A stretch of DNA of 64,000 nt from Anaerolineae bacterium (GCA_029907105.1 JARYMM010000004.1:65364-129363), one strand, 5' to 3'. Shown: positions 9,460 to 19,646, numbered from the stretch's first letter. The notes: generated by a model from the sequence alone, not told the origin. Numbers and translations are program-made.

Positions 9460-11232
9460 ATGAACACGCGCTGGAGCCCGCTGACCAAAGGCATCGTCGT
9501 CGTGAGCAGCCTGATCGTTGCCGTCTGGGTGCTCTTCCGCTTCAGCCGCCTGCTGCCGCCGTTGATCGTGGCCCTCATGCTGGCCTACCTGGTGAATCTG
9601 CCGGTCTCCTGGATCGTGCGCCGCACGCACTGGCCGCGCACGCCCCTGGCGGCCGGCTTTTTCGTCCTGCTGATCGTGCTGCTGATCCTGGCTCCGGTGC
9701 GCATCACGCCCCGCCTGGTGGAGCTGATCCGGGCGTTCAACGTGAACCTGCAGGGGGTGATCGCCGCCATTCAGCATCTGACGGCCGAACCCATCATCCT
9801 GTTCAATGTGGAGATCCCCACGTCAGACCTGGTGTCACGCGTGGCCAGTGCCCTGGCCGACCTGCTCTCCCCCTTCGCCAGCGGCGCCATCTCCTTTGCC
9901 TTCGGTGTCGCCTCCACCGTCGGCTGGCTGCTCTTCATCTTTGTCGTCTCCTTCTACATAGTCAAGGACGCGAGGAAGCTTGCCCATTATCTGGCGGAGC
10001 GCATCCCCCCGGGCTATGAGGAGGAGTTTCGGCGGCTGGGTCAGGAACTGGCCGAGATCTGGGATGGTTTTTTCCGCGGCAGCCTCATCGTGGGCGTGAT
10101 AGACTTCATCATCTTTTCCATCGTTCTCTCTATCATCGGCATGCCCAACGCCCTGATCCTGGCCTTGATCGCCGGCCTGTTCACCCTGATCCCCAACATC
10201 GGCCCGCTGCTGGCGGCCATTCCCGGCGTGTTGCTGGCCCTCTTCCAGGGCTCCTCCTACCTGCCGCTGAGCAAGTTCTGGTTTGCTTTCCTGGTGGGGA
10301 TGATCTATCTGGCCGTTTTCCAGGTGGAGAACCTCTACACCATCCCGCGAGTGGTCGGGCGGCGGGTGAGGTTGCACCCTGCCCTGGTCATCATCGGTGC
10401 CGTGGGCGGCGCGTTTCTGGGGGGACTGCTGGGGGTCCTCCTCGCCGCACCGGTCATCGGTTCCTTGCGCGTGATCGGCGGCTACATCTACCGCAAGCTC
10501 TTTGACCTGGAGCCTTTTGCCCTGCCTGCCGTGCCCGCCGGGGCATTGGAGGCACAGAAGCTGGGAATGATCGCCGGCCGGCCGGTGGAGGCGGTGCTTT
10601 TCGATCTGGATGGCACGCTGATCGAGACCGATGACGCCCTGGTGGAGCAATGGGCGAGGCGGCTGGACCGCGTGGCCTGGCTCTTCCCCGCGCGCAACAC
10701 CCAGCGGGCCGCCCGCCGCCTGGTGATGGCTGCCGAAAGACCGGTCAACGCCCTGGTCACCCTGCTCGACCGGCTGGGGCTGGACGATGAAGCGTTCAGG
10801 CTGGGCCGTTGGCTGCGCCGCTGGCAGCGCCGCGTGCCCCCCTCCGAGATCCGCCTGGTAGGCGGCGCTGAAGAGACACTGCGCGCCCTGAGCGGTCGCT
10901 ACCGCCTGGGCCTGGTCACCACCCGATCGCAGGCGGAAGTGGACTCGTTTCTGAGCCGCAGCGGGTTGAGCGAGCTGATGGAAGTGGTCGTCGCCGGCGA
11001 TACCAGCCCGCGGCTCAAGCCCCACCCGCAGCCGGTACAGAAGGCCGCCCAGCAACTGGAGGTAGATGTGGCCCGCTGTGTTGTGGTGGGCGATACAGGG
11101 GTAGATGTGCGGGCAGCCAAGGCCGCCGGGGCGCTGGCCGTGGGGGTGCTCAGCGGCTTCGGCGAACGCCGGGACCTGCGCCAGGCCGACCTGATCCTGG
11201 AGAGCGTGCGGGAGTTGGTGGAGTGGTTGTAA
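9460..11232 (+). CDS. AI-2E family transporter (PerM/UPF0118) fused to a C-terminal HAD hydrolase
   Basis: Polytopic N-terminal region; the C-terminus carries the LFDLDGTLIETDD HAD motif I and a GDTGVDV motif. Confidence 0.7.
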   Translation: MNTRWSPLTKGIVVVSSLIVAVWVLFRFSRLLPPLIVALMLAYLVNLPVSWIVRRTHWPRTPLAAGFFVLLIVLLILAPVRITPRLVELIRAFNVNLQGVIAAIQHLTAEPIILFNVEIPTSDLVSRVASALADLLSPFASGAISFAFGVASTVGWLLFIFVVSFYIVKDARKLAHYLAERIPPGYEEEFRRLGQELAEIWDGFFRGSLIVGVIDFIIFSIVLSIIGMPNALILALIAGLFTLIPNIGPLLAAIPGVLLALFQGSSYLPLSKFWFAFLVGMIYLAVFQVENLYTIPRVVGRRVRLHPALVIIGAVGGAFLGGLLGVLLAAPVIGSLRVIGGYIYRKLFDLEPFALPAVPAGALEAQKLGMIAGRPVEAVLFDLDGTLIETDDALVEQWARRLDRVAWLFPARNTQRAARRLVMAAERPVNALVTLLDRLGLDDEAFRLGRWLRRWQRRVPPSEIRLVGGAEETLRALSGRYRLGLVTTRSQAEVDSFLSRSGLSELMEVVVAGDTSPRLKPHPQPVQKAAQQLEVDVARCVVVGDTGVDVRAAKAAGALAVGVLSGFGERRDLRQADLILESVRELVEWL

Positions 11233-11311
11233 GTTCAGGGGAAAAAGGGAAAAGAGGGAAAGAAGGGGACTGAGGGAACTGGGGGTTGAAGTAAGAAGGC
11301 GAGGGATGGAA

Positions 11312-11345
11312 AACGCCGGGGCGAAAGCCTCGGCGTTCTTGATTC
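11312..11345. terminator. Bidirectional hairpin terminator between convergent genes
   Basis: aacgccggggcgaaagcctcggcgtt with a GAAA loop; followed by TTTTCC on the minus strand. Confidence 0.45.
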
Positions 11346-11460
11346 CAGCGGGGCAAAGACTCGAACATTCAGGCCGCAGCCCAAAGGTCCGACCCGAGGA
11401 GTCGAAAGCAGCAGCTCATTCGGAAACCTGGAACCTGCAACCCGGAACCTGGAACCCACA

Positions 11461-12348
11461 CTAGCCGGCCATCCGCTGCAACCATAGCGGCACCCACAGC
11501 TCGCCGATGTCCAGGAGGTTCAGCGTCAGCGCGCCGATCAGGATCAGCAGGCTGAAGGCGATGAGCGCGTAGTCCGCCGGCTTGTACTTCAGCTCCTTCA
11601 GCCAGGTGCGCGGCCCCGTGCCGAAGGCGCGCAGGTCCATGGCGTCAATGACCTCCTCGCCGCCCACCACCGAACCGATGGTGATGGGGATGAGCAAGGG
11701 GGCCATATTGCGTATCTGTCCGATCAGCCCTGCCCCCACCCGCTCCAGCTCGTAGCCGCGAGCCTTCTGCGCGTCCATGGTGACGGAGAAATCCCGCCCC
11801 AAGGAGGGGATGAAGCGGAAGGCCAGGTCCACAGCAAAGGCCAGCTTGTCGGGCAGCCCCAGCCGGCGGAAGGTGATGCCGTACTGCGCCGGGTGGATGG
11901 TGAACGGGATGACCACGGCCAGCAGGGCGAAGCTCATGATGCGCGTGAGCTGGCTGATCAGGTACATCACGCGCTCGGCGCTGAGACGGGGGCGGAGGGT
12001 GAGGCCGAGGACGCGGAAAGGCTCCGGCTGCCAAAGGAAATGCGTATCCACGTACACCCCAGCCTCACCCCGCCCCGTCAGCGCCGTGGCCAACGACAGG
12101 ACGGTGGCGATGATGCCGATCACCAGCCAGAAGCGGCGCGTCTCCCGCCAGCTCAGCCTGGCCAGCACGAACTGCGTGAGACCCAGCAGGAAGAAGAAGG
12201 CGATGAAGCGCAGGTCCCAGAACTGCATGATGGCCACCATGGCGCAGAGCAGGAAGATGATGCGCCCTCGCGGGTCCAGCTTCTGGATGACCGTATTCCG
12301 TTCCCTGTACTTCCAGGTGATCAGCATCCGCAGAACTCCAAAGCTCAA
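11461..12348 (-). CDS. ecfT: ECF transporter transmembrane T component
   Basis: CbiQ/EcfT-like 295-aa membrane protein downstream of the ECF ATPase gene and the putative S component. Confidence 0.75.
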   Translation of the reverse strand: MSFGVLRMLITWKYRERNTVIQKLDPRGRIIFLLCAMVAIMQFWDLRFIAFFFLLGLTQFVLARLSWRETRRFWLVIGIIATVLSLATALTGRGEAGVYVDTHFLWQPEPFRVLGLTLRPRLSAERVMYLISQLTRIMSFALLAVVIPFTIHPAQYGITFRRLGLPDKLAFAVDLAFRFIPSLGRDFSVTMDAQKARGYELERVGAGLIGQIRNMAPLLIPITIGSVVGGEEVIDAMDLRAFGTGPRTWLKELKYKPADYALIAFSLLILIGALTLNLLDIGELWVPLWLQRMAG

Positions 12349-12385
12349 AGTTCAAAGCTCAAAGGTTTGAACTTTGGATTTTGCT

Positions 12386-13498
12386 TTAGCGTCCCGCCCG
12401 TCCTCTGGCCTGCTGCCAGGCGGCGTACAACAGCGGGGTCAGGATGGCCGAGAAGAGGGTGTTGGGGCCGGCCGCCGGGATGAATTCGCCGACGAAGGCG
12501 GTCACGAAGCTGTAGCCGTTGACGAAGATGTCGGCGAAGGCGGCGAAGGCGAAGGCGATGATGATGCCCAGCGTGCCCCAGACGACGATGCGCCGTGTGT
12601 CCTCATCGGCCAGCCAGGCCGTGATCGCCCGCCGCCGGGTATAGAGGAAAGCCACCAGCACGGCTTGCAGCAGCGACCACACGATCAGCAGCCACGAGCC
12701 CCTGACGATGCCCAGGATAAGCATGAGCAGGGTGAGCAGCGCGGCCACGATGGACCAGTACTGCGGGACCAGGGCCAGCACGGCGGTGATGATCAGGATC
12801 ACCAGCATGATCCACCACCAACTGCGGAACTCTGTCGTCGCCTCGCCGGTCCAGGGATGGACGACGTTGGGGAAGACGATGGGCAGCAGCACGGCAATGG
12901 CCAGCACGACGGCGCAGACGAGGAAGATGAGGCGCACGTTGGCCCTGCGCTCGCGGGTGAAGTACATCGCCGCCAGGCCGGGGATGAGGCCCATCAGGCC
13001 ATTGGCCAGGTCCCAGACCGGGTAGACCCCCCAGCCGGTGAGGGCATCGCCCAGGATATTGCCCACGGCGCCGGCGAAGAAGCCCACCGCCGGGCCGAAG
13101 GCTACCCCGAAGAAGATGGGGATGGCCACCACAGGGCGCAGGGCCACCAGGCTCACCGAAGGCACGGGAATGGCATTGAAAGCCCAACTGAGCAACCCGT
13201 ACAGGGCTGCACCCAGGGCCATCATCACCACCTCCCGTGTCCCGATCTTCCAGTACTCGGGATCGGAGAAGAGGACGTAGATGATGTAGACGACGATGGC
13301 ACCGATGATCGTCCACACCAGCCAGCCGCCGAAGAAGCCCGTCTCGCCCCGCAGCGCGCTGTTGCTCACCCCCGCCAGTTGCTCGCCCATCGCCGTGCCC
13401 GTCTTGAGGGCGTTGACCACACCGCCCAGATAGAAGAGTATGGCGACGATGACGATGCCGATGATGAGAGGCAGGATCGGTTTGACGTACCTGTTCAT
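12386..13498 (-). CDS. Putative ECF transporter substrate-capture (S) component, unusually large (about 370 aa)
   Basis: Polytopic membrane protein between the ECF A and T genes; start chosen at MNRYVKP with a GGAGG RBS. Confidence 0.45.
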   Translation of the reverse strand: MNRYVKPILPLIIGIVIVAILFYLGGVVNALKTGTAMGEQLAGVSNSALRGETGFFGGWLVWTIIGAIVVYIIYVLFSDPEYWKIGTREVVMMALGAALYGLLSWAFNAIPVPSVSLVALRPVVAIPIFFGVAFGPAVGFFAGAVGNILGDALTGWGVYPVWDLANGLMGLIPGLAAMYFTRERRANVRLIFLVCAVVLAIAVLLPIVFPNVVHPWTGEATTEFRSWWWIMLVILIITAVLALVPQYWSIVAALLTLLMLILGIVRGSWLLIVWSLLQAVLVAFLYTRRRAITAWLADEDTRRIVVWGTLGIIIAFAFAAFADIFVNGYSFVTAFVGEFIPAAGPNTLFSAILTPLLYAAWQQARGRAGR

Positions 13499-13730
13499 GG
13501 CAATTCCTCCTTTGCCTGTATGAAAGGATAATCCCCTCGCTCCCGATGATCTGGCCACCCGGGCGGGAGCGAAACGCCCCGGTGTCAAGGAAACGGTTGT
13601 GCGATGCGCTATCACCCCCTTTCCGGCGAAGATTGTTCCCTGGGGACAGGAAGACACGGAGAGGGAGTGACAAGGAGTGTCTGCCTGTCTCCTTGCCTCC
13701 TTGTCCCCATGTCGCCCCCAGCGTCTTTGC

Positions 13731-15401
13731 TCACACGAGCGATGCTAAGGCCTCCGCGCGGTGGAAGCGCCCGGCCCTGGGCAGCAGCTTCAGGTTCAGA
13801 TCGAGCAGCGACGTGGGCACGATGCGGCAGCGCTGCAGCAGGGCCCGGTCGGCCAGCACCTGCTCCGGCGGCCCATCGGCGGCAATGCGCCCCTCGGCCA
13901 TCAAGATGACCCGATTGGCATAGCCGACGGCCAGGTCGAGGTCATGGGTGATGAACAGGATGGCCGAGAAGAGGTCCTCCCGCTCCGTCCGCAGGGCCAG
14001 GATGGAGTTCATGAAGTTGGTGTAGTTGCGGTAGTCCTGACCGGCCGTGGGCTCGTCCATGGCCAGGATCCTGGACTGCATGGCCAGAACGGCAGCGATG
14101 GTCACCCGCTTCTGCTGGCCGAAGCTCAGCGCCAGCGGGGGATACTCTTCCAACCCGCGCAGGTTAAGGATATCCATAGCCCGCTCCACGTTGGCCCGCA
14201 CGGTCTGCTCATCGAAGCGCAGGTTGCGTGGCCCGAAGGCCAGCTCCTCACGCACCGTGGGGGCGAAGAGCATATGCGTGGGGCTCTGGAAAACGTAGCC
14301 CAGCGTGCGGGCTACCTGCGCCGTGCTCATCCGCCGTGTGTCCTGCCCTTGCACCCGAACGGTGCCCTCCTGCGGCTTGAGCAGGCCGATGGCCTGCTTG
14401 ACCAGCGTCGTCTTGCCGGCGCCGTTAGGACCCAGCAGGGCGATGATGTCCCCCTGGCGAATGGTCAGCGAGACGTCGTGCAGCACCGGCTGCTCCGGCT
14501 CGTAGCCGAAGGAGACGTGGTCGAACTCCACCAGCGGCGGGCGACCGTCGTCGGGCGCCGGCGGCGGGAGCGGCGGCAGGTCCTCCTGCCTCTCCCGCGC
14601 CTGCTCCAGCACCATTGGCGCCGGCAGCTTCACCTCCCGATAGTCGGCGATGTCCAGAAAACCGGGCATGTCGCCGAAATAGCGTTGCTCCCCCTCGCTG
14701 AGGAAGAGCGCCTTGTCCGGCCTGGCCTTGAGCAAATCCTCCACACGGTGCTCGATAAGCAGCACCGTCTTGCCCTCGTCGGCCAGGCGACGGATGAGGG
14801 CCAGCGCCTCCTGCGAGGAGACCGGATCCAGCGAGGCCAACGGCTCATCCAGCAGAAGGATGTCCGGTTGCATGGCCAACACGCCGGCCAGAGCCACCTT
14901 CTGCTTCTCGCCGCCGGAAAGGTTGAAGGTCTCCCGGTCCCGCAGGTGGCTGAGGCCCAGATAGTCCAGCACCCACTCCACCCGTTCCAGGATCTCCTGG
15001 CGCGGCAGCCCCAGGTTCTCCAGACCGAAGGCCACCTCGTTGAGCACGTAGCTGCCCACGATCTGCTTTTCCGGGTCCTGCAGCACCGTGCCCACCATCT
15101 GCGAGATCTGCGCCAGCGGCAGCGATGCAGGGTCTTTGCCGAACAGGCGGATGGTGCCGGCAAGCTCCCCGCCCCTGTAGCTGCGGGGGATGAGGCCGTT
15201 GATGCAGCGCATGAGGGTCGTCTTGCCGCAGCCGCTGGCCCCGGCCACCAGGATCAGCTCACCCCGCTCCGCCTGGAAGGAAATGCCGCGCAGCGCCATC
15301 TCCTGGCGGGTGCGATATCGAAAGCGGAGGTCTTCAACCTGCAGGGGCAGATGCCCGTTTCTGTTCACCTCTCCCCACCCCAATCGGTTCCATGCCTCCA
15401 A
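13731..15401 (-). CDS. ecfA: ECF transporter ATPase, duplicated A-A' fusion
   Basis: Two Walker A motifs (GASGCGKTT and GPNGAGKTT) and two LSGGE signatures. Confidence 0.85.
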   Translation of the reverse strand: MEAWNRLGWGEVNRNGHLPLQVEDLRFRYRTRQEMALRGISFQAERGELILVAGASGCGKTTLMRCINGLIPRSYRGGELAGTIRLFGKDPASLPLAQISQMVGTVLQDPEKQIVGSYVLNEVAFGLENLGLPRQEILERVEWVLDYLGLSHLRDRETFNLSGGEKQKVALAGVLAMQPDILLLDEPLASLDPVSSQEALALIRRLADEGKTVLLIEHRVEDLLKARPDKALFLSEGEQRYFGDMPGFLDIADYREVKLPAPMVLEQARERQEDLPPLPPPAPDDGRPPLVEFDHVSFGYEPEQPVLHDVSLTIRQGDIIALLGPNGAGKTTLVKQAIGLLKPQEGTVRVQGQDTRRMSTAQVARTLGYVFQSPTHMLFAPTVREELAFGPRNLRFDEQTVRANVERAMDILNLRGLEEYPPLALSFGQQKRVTIAAVLAMQSRILAMDEPTAGQDYRNYTNFMNSILALRTEREDLFSAILFITHDLDLAVGYANRVILMAEGRIAADGPPEQVLADRALLQRCRIVPTSLLDLNLKLLPRAGRFHRAEALASLV

Positions 15402-15499
15402 GTGCTAAAACCCCGCCGGTGTACCGCCGTTGCGCCTCAAGGGTGAGACGGGTCGCCATGTGTCCATCCGGGCACCATAGGCGTGAGAACGGCGTCCTC

Positions 15500-15526
15500 G
15501 TAGGACAAGATGCCATCTTGTCCTAC
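15500..15526. repeat. Palindrome GTAGGACAAGATG-c-CATCTTGTCCTAC (family copy 3)
   Basis: A perfect 13-bp inverted repeat that shares its GTAGGACAA outer half with copies at 24052 and 33085. Confidence 0.5.
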
Positions 15527-16056
15527 GTCTCCAACGTCTTGCCGTAGGCGAAGAGATCGCCCGCCTGGTAGATGTCCATCTGCACGCGGGAGAAAGGCTC
15601 GGCCTGGTACTCCCTCTCGCCGTTGAGGCCGAGCCGCCCGGTCTCGAAGTCCACTTCCAGCTCGTCGCCGCTCTTGAACTCCCCGGCCATCTGCGAAAGC
15701 CCCGGCAGGGTGAGGATGGGGAAGCCGGAGTTGATAGCGTTGCGCTTGTAGATGGCGCCGAAGCTTTCGGCGATGAGGGCGGCGATGCCCAGGGCGCGGA
15801 AGCAGTCCACCGCCTGCTGGCGGCTGGAGCCGGCGCCGAAGTTGGCCCCGGCGAGGATGATGTCGCCGGGGCGGCACTTCTGGGCGAAATCCTCCCAGCC
15901 CTTGAGGTTGCCCAGCGCGTGCTGTCCCATCTCCGCCAGGTTGGTGATGTGCAGGTGGCGATTGTGGAAAATCATATCCGTGTCCACGTCGTTGTACATC
16001 TGGCCGTCAGGGCCGGTCAGCACCCAGATGCGGCCTCGGATTCGGGTGGGTTTCAT
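15523..16056 (-). CDS. leuD: 3-isopropylmalate dehydratase small subunit (LeuD/aconitase swivel family)
   Basis: 177 aa, GDIILAGANFGAGSSRQ motif; start at MKPTRI with a GGAGAG RBS. Confidence 0.75.
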   Translation of the reverse strand: MKPTRIRGRIWVLTGPDGQMYNDVDTDMIFHNRHLHITNLAEMGQHALGNLKGWEDFAQKCRPGDIILAGANFGAGSSRQQAVDCFRALGIAALIAESFGAIYKRNAINSGFPILTLPGLSQMAGEFKSGDELEVDFETGRLGLNGEREYQAEPFSRVQMDIYQAGDLFAYGKTLET

Positions 16057-16175
16057 GCCTAAATCTCTCCTGCAGTTCCCTGCTCGCGGCGGACGGCCAC
16101 GTCCGCCGCCACCCTGCTGGACATGACCGTCCAGCAGGAGCAAAGTCTGAGCCAGGAGCAAAGCCACCACGCAGG

Positions 16176-17420
16176 TCACCCCGGCACCACAATCTCGCCG
16201 CGCAGGGCGGCCCAGGCCGCCGTCAGCGGGCTGGCCAGGTACGTCTCCCCCGCCCCCTGCTTGCCGGGGAAGTTGCGGTTGCTCGTGCTCACCTGCACCT
16301 CCCCCTGCCCGGTCATGCCAATCTGCCCCGAGGCGCAGCCGCCGCAGCCAGGGTTGCTGACGATGAAGCCGGCCTCGAAGAGCGTCTCCAGCACCCCCTC
16401 GCGCAGCAGCCGCGCATACACCTGGCGGGTGGCCGGCACCACCGAGGCTGTGACCCAGGGGGCGATGTGCTCTCCCTTCACCACCTCGGCCACGGCGACG
16501 AAATCCTCAAAACGGCCATTGGTGCAGGAGCCGAGGAAGACGGAGTCGATGCGCGTGCCGGCCAGCTCCCGCACCGGCCGCACATTGGCCGGGCTGGGCG
16601 GACAGGCCACCAGCGGCTCCAGGTTGCTGATGTCCACCTCCACCACCTGGCAGTATTCAGCATCTGGGTCGGCGTACACGCCGCTCACCTCTCGCCCTGC
16701 CCGCTCCCGGCAGAAGGCCAGCACCTCCTTGGAAGGCGGGACGAAGCCGATGATGCCGCCCATCTCCGTGATCTGGCTGGCCAGGGTGATGCGGCCGGCC
16801 AGGTCGAGGGCTTCGATGGCCGGGCCGGTGAACTCGACGGCCTTGCCCAGCGCCCCGCTGGAGCCGAGCTCCCGCAGCACGGCCAGCGTCAGGTCGCGCG
16901 CCGTGCAGGGCGGGTGCAGCTCTCCCTTGATCACCACCTGCATCGTCGGCGGCACCTCGAACCAGGTCTTGCCCGTCTTGAAGGCGAAGGCGATGTCCTG
17001 ATCGCCCATGCCCTGGCCGAAGGCGCCGATAGCGCCCAAAATGTTGAGGTGCGAATCGGTGCCCACGAAGGTGCAGCCGGGATAGGCCAGCCCTTCCTCG
17101 ATGGCCACGTGCGAGCCGATGCCGGCGTCCACGTCGTAGACCCTGATCCCCTGCTCCCGCGCCCAGAGGCGGCAGAGGTGCTGGTTGCTGGCGTAGGGGA
17201 TGGTCTTGGCCGGGACGACGCAGTCGAAGGTGAAGAAGGTCTTGCTGGCGTCGGCGACGGGGCTGTTGCCGTAGTGGGTGCGGTAGTTCTGCACCACGTT
17301 GGCCCCGGCGAAATCGCGCGCCGTGCGCACGTCCAGCTCCATCCAGACGATGCGTCCCGGCGCCGCCTCCTCATCGCTGTGAGCCTGAATGATTTTTTCG
17401 ATGACGGTTTGTCCAGGCAT
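16176..17420 (-). CDS. leuC: 3-isopropylmalate dehydratase large subunit (aconitase family)
   Basis: VGTDSHL and GSCTNGR aconitase motifs, three cluster-ligand cysteines. Confidence 0.85.
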   Translation of the reverse strand: MPGQTVIEKIIQAHSDEEAAPGRIVWMELDVRTARDFAGANVVQNYRTHYGNSPVADASKTFFTFDCVVPAKTIPYASNQHLCRLWAREQGIRVYDVDAGIGSHVAIEEGLAYPGCTFVGTDSHLNILGAIGAFGQGMGDQDIAFAFKTGKTWFEVPPTMQVVIKGELHPPCTARDLTLAVLRELGSSGALGKAVEFTGPAIEALDLAGRITLASQITEMGGIIGFVPPSKEVLAFCRERAGREVSGVYADPDAEYCQVVEVDISNLEPLVACPPSPANVRPVRELAGTRIDSVFLGSCTNGRFEDFVAVAEVVKGEHIAPWVTASVVPATRQVYARLLREGVLETLFEAGFIVSNPGCGGCASGQIGMTGQGEVQVSTSNRNFPGKQGAGETYLASPLTAAWAALRGEIVVPG

Positions 17421-17423
17421 ACT

Positions 17424-17768
17424 TCATCCTTTCTGCGTTGTCTTCTTCCAGCCGCCCAGCAGCCGGCCCATCTCGGCCACCAGGCTGGCGGCATGTTGAT
17501 ATTGGCCGGGCCTGAGCCATCCCCAGCGCGCCGAGAGCCGCAGGTACAGCCGCACCTTGTCCAGGGCTGCGTCGGCCTGCTCGATCTTGGCCAGGCGGGC
17601 TTTGCCCCGGCAGTTGTTCGCCTCGATGATCAGCTCCTGGAAGTCCAGCGCCGCATCCAGCAACCGCCTGGTGACCATGAAGCGCTGGCTGCGGGGGAAA
17701 TTGTTGGTCACCGGCATCAGCCAGGTGATGAAATCGAAGGTGCGCGTGAAGAGCGGCATTTGCTCCAT
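17424..17768 (-). CDS. avd: DGR accessory variability determinant (Avd, four-helix-bundle protein)
   Basis: 114 aa; NFPRSQRFMVTRRLLDAALDFQELIIEANN pattern typical of Avd and TIGR02436; directly downstream of the DGR reverse transcriptase. Confidence 0.7.
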   Translation of the reverse strand: MEQMPLFTRTFDFITWLMPVTNNFPRSQRFMVTRRLLDAALDFQELIIEANNCRGKARLAKIEQADAALDKVRLYLRLSARWGWLRPGQYQHAASLVAEMGRLLGGWKKTTQKG

Positions 17769-17774
17769 GAAACG

Positions 17775-18851
17775 TTATCCTCTTGGCGTCTGGATGACCA
17801 GGCTCCCCAGCACCGCCCGCCGCAGCCCTTTGGTATCGCCGTAGCGGGCGTGGTTAATCCACCCCTGCACCGAAGCTGTCACCCGATCCAGGCTGATCTC
17901 CCCGGCGGCATAATCCTGCAGCAATCCCTTGAGCCGCCGGCGGTAGGCAATCCCTTTGCGCCGCTTCAGCCGTCGCTGCTGGGGGAAAACGACAAAGCCC
18001 AGGAAAGGGATGCCCTGTCCCACCGGCCGAACCTGAGCGCGTGTCTCGTGGATAGTCAGCCGCAGCCGGGCTAGTCGCTCCACGGTGGCTTCTTTCCAGG
18101 CCCACATTTCTCGCTTATCGTCACCGAAGAGCAGGAAATCGTCCACATAGCGCAGATAGGCCGGGCAGCGCAGTTCTCGCTTGACGAAGTGGTCGAAGGG
18201 ATTGAGATAGCAGTTGGCCCAGAACCGGGAGGTGAGGTTGCCGATGGGCAGGCCTCGCGGCCGGTGTATGGCCAGCAGATCGTCGTCGGGAAAGTAAACC
18301 ATCTGGTACTCTTCCGAGAGCACTCCGATGCCGCTTTCCAGGATGCGATCCACGAGCCACATGATGCCGGGGTCGGCGACCTTGTGCGCCAGAAGCTCCC
18401 GTAGGATAGCATGATCTATCGAGGGGAAGAACTGGCGCACGTCGCATTGCAGCACGTAGCGATGGCGGCGGGCGAACTGCTGGCAGCGATCGAGCGCTCG
18501 ATGCGTTCCTTTGCCCACGCGGTTGGCGTAGCTCTCCTCGATGAAGCTGTGCTCGAAGAGCGGTTCGATGACCTGGCACAGGGCATGGTGGACGACGCGG
18601 TCACGAAATGGCGCGGCGGAGATGAGACGGCGCTTGGGTTCGTGGATGTGGAAACTGCGGTAGGGGCCGGGGCGATATGTCTGCGTCGCCAGTTCCTCCT
18701 GCAACTGGATGAGGTTGTCTTCCAGGTGGTACTCGAAGCTGGCGGCAGGAGGCCGGCCTCGCTTGCCTTTGGACGCCCGGCGATAAGCGCACAACAGGTT
18801 GTCCCAGACATAGACCTGGGCCAGACTCGGAGGGAGAAGTGTCGTCGTCAT
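17775..18851 (-). CDS. DGR reverse transcriptase
   Basis: 358 aa from [12 protein letters not shown]; [11 protein letters not shown] (YxDD) catalytic motif and an [14 protein letters not shown] motif; the upstream in-frame extension of the ORF is the TR, not protein. Confidence 0.85.
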   Translation of the reverse strand: MTTTLLPPSLAQVYVWDNLLCAYRRASKGKRGRPPAASFEYHLEDNLIQLQEELATQTYRPGPYRSFHIHEPKRRLISAAPFRDRVVHHALCQVIEPLFEHSFIEESYANRVGKGTHRALDRCQQFARRHRYVLQCDVRQFFPSIDHAILRELLAHKVADPGIMWLVDRILESGIGVLSEEYQMVYFPDDDLLAIHRPRGLPIGNLTSRFWANCYLNPFDHFVKRELRCPAYLRYVDDFLLFGDDKREMWAWKEATVERLARLRLTIHETRAQVRPVGQGIPFLGFVVFPQQRRLKRRKGIAYRRRLKGLLQDYAAGEISLDRVTASVQGWINHARYGDTKGLRRAVLGSLVIQTPRG

Positions 18852-18977
18852 GGCGCATCTGGTCTTGAACTCAGACGGAGAGAAAACACCGGCGGCCCGT
18901 TCCAGGGACGCGCCCAGGGAACGGGCCGCCGGGCGGGATATGACCCCCGCCCACGTGTATTCGCCCGGCCCTGTAGC

Positions 18978-19050
18978 CCTCACCCTCCCCCCAACCCCCT
19001 CCCTCTCCCAACTTTGGGAGAGGGAGGGGGTTGAGGGGGAGGGAGAGGGG
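18978..19050. repeat. GC-rich imperfect palindrome in the TR-to-RT spacer
   Basis: ccctcaccctccccccaaccccctccctctccca-actt-tgggagagggagggggttgagggggagggagagggg. Confidence 0.55.
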
Positions 19051-19319
19051 CAGGGCGCGGCCAGGGCACGACCGCGCTGACTCTCTGAGCCTCGGTGACG
19101 AAGCGTCTTACCCAGTGCCGCGTCACATTTCCGGCAATCCGACGATGGGCTTATCCTGCTGGCGGCGAGCTGCCAATTCCGCCGGACGTGACCATCCGAC
19201 GAGAGCAGACGAGTACAGCTCACCCACTGCTCCGGCAGGACCGCCAGGTCCCGCCGCCTTTCCGCCGGACGTGGCCGTCCAGCGGGAGCTTGATTAGTGC
19301 GCCAGGAGCCCCCTGCGCT

Positions 19320-19452
19320 GGAGAGCCATGAGACCGCCACCACCCGAAACCCGTTGTTGTCGTTGCGGTTGTTCGGGTTGTTCCTGTTGCGATAGGCGCA
19401 GCGGACGTTTCTGCGATTGTTGTTCCACGTGCCGCCACGTAGCACCCGCGGC
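19320..19452 (-). repeat. DGR template repeat (TR)
   Basis: About 133 bp that match the VR except at template adenines; coding-strand AAC-rich (translates as [37 protein letters not shown]). Confidence 0.85.
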
Positions 19453-19559
19453 AGTTTCCGGTCGGCCCTACGTTCCCCCGTTGGCACGTACCAGGGGAAC
19501 GCACGACCCATGATACCGCAGCTAGCGCCAAAGCGCAAATTTCGCTGCTCGCGCGCGCT

Positions 19560-19580
19560 GAGGGGGGCACAGCCCCCCTC
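19560..19580. repeat. GC hairpin downstream of the VR (gagggggg-cacag-cccccctc)
   Basis: An 8-bp G/C stem about 65 nt 3' of the VR end on the coding strand. Confidence 0.4.
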
Positions 19581-19646
19581 AGACTCCCCCCACAGAGATC
19601 AGGGACTCAGAGTTCCAGAGACCAGAGACTCCAGAGGCCAGAGGGG

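Noticed and set aside
17775-19538. The 587-aa ORF call for the reverse transcriptase, including a 229-codon N-terminal extension
   Set aside because: The extension reads through the DGR template repeat and the GC palindrome (AAC-rich and G/P-rich translation). The RT proper starts at the internal Met (18851), with a size typical of DGR RTs.
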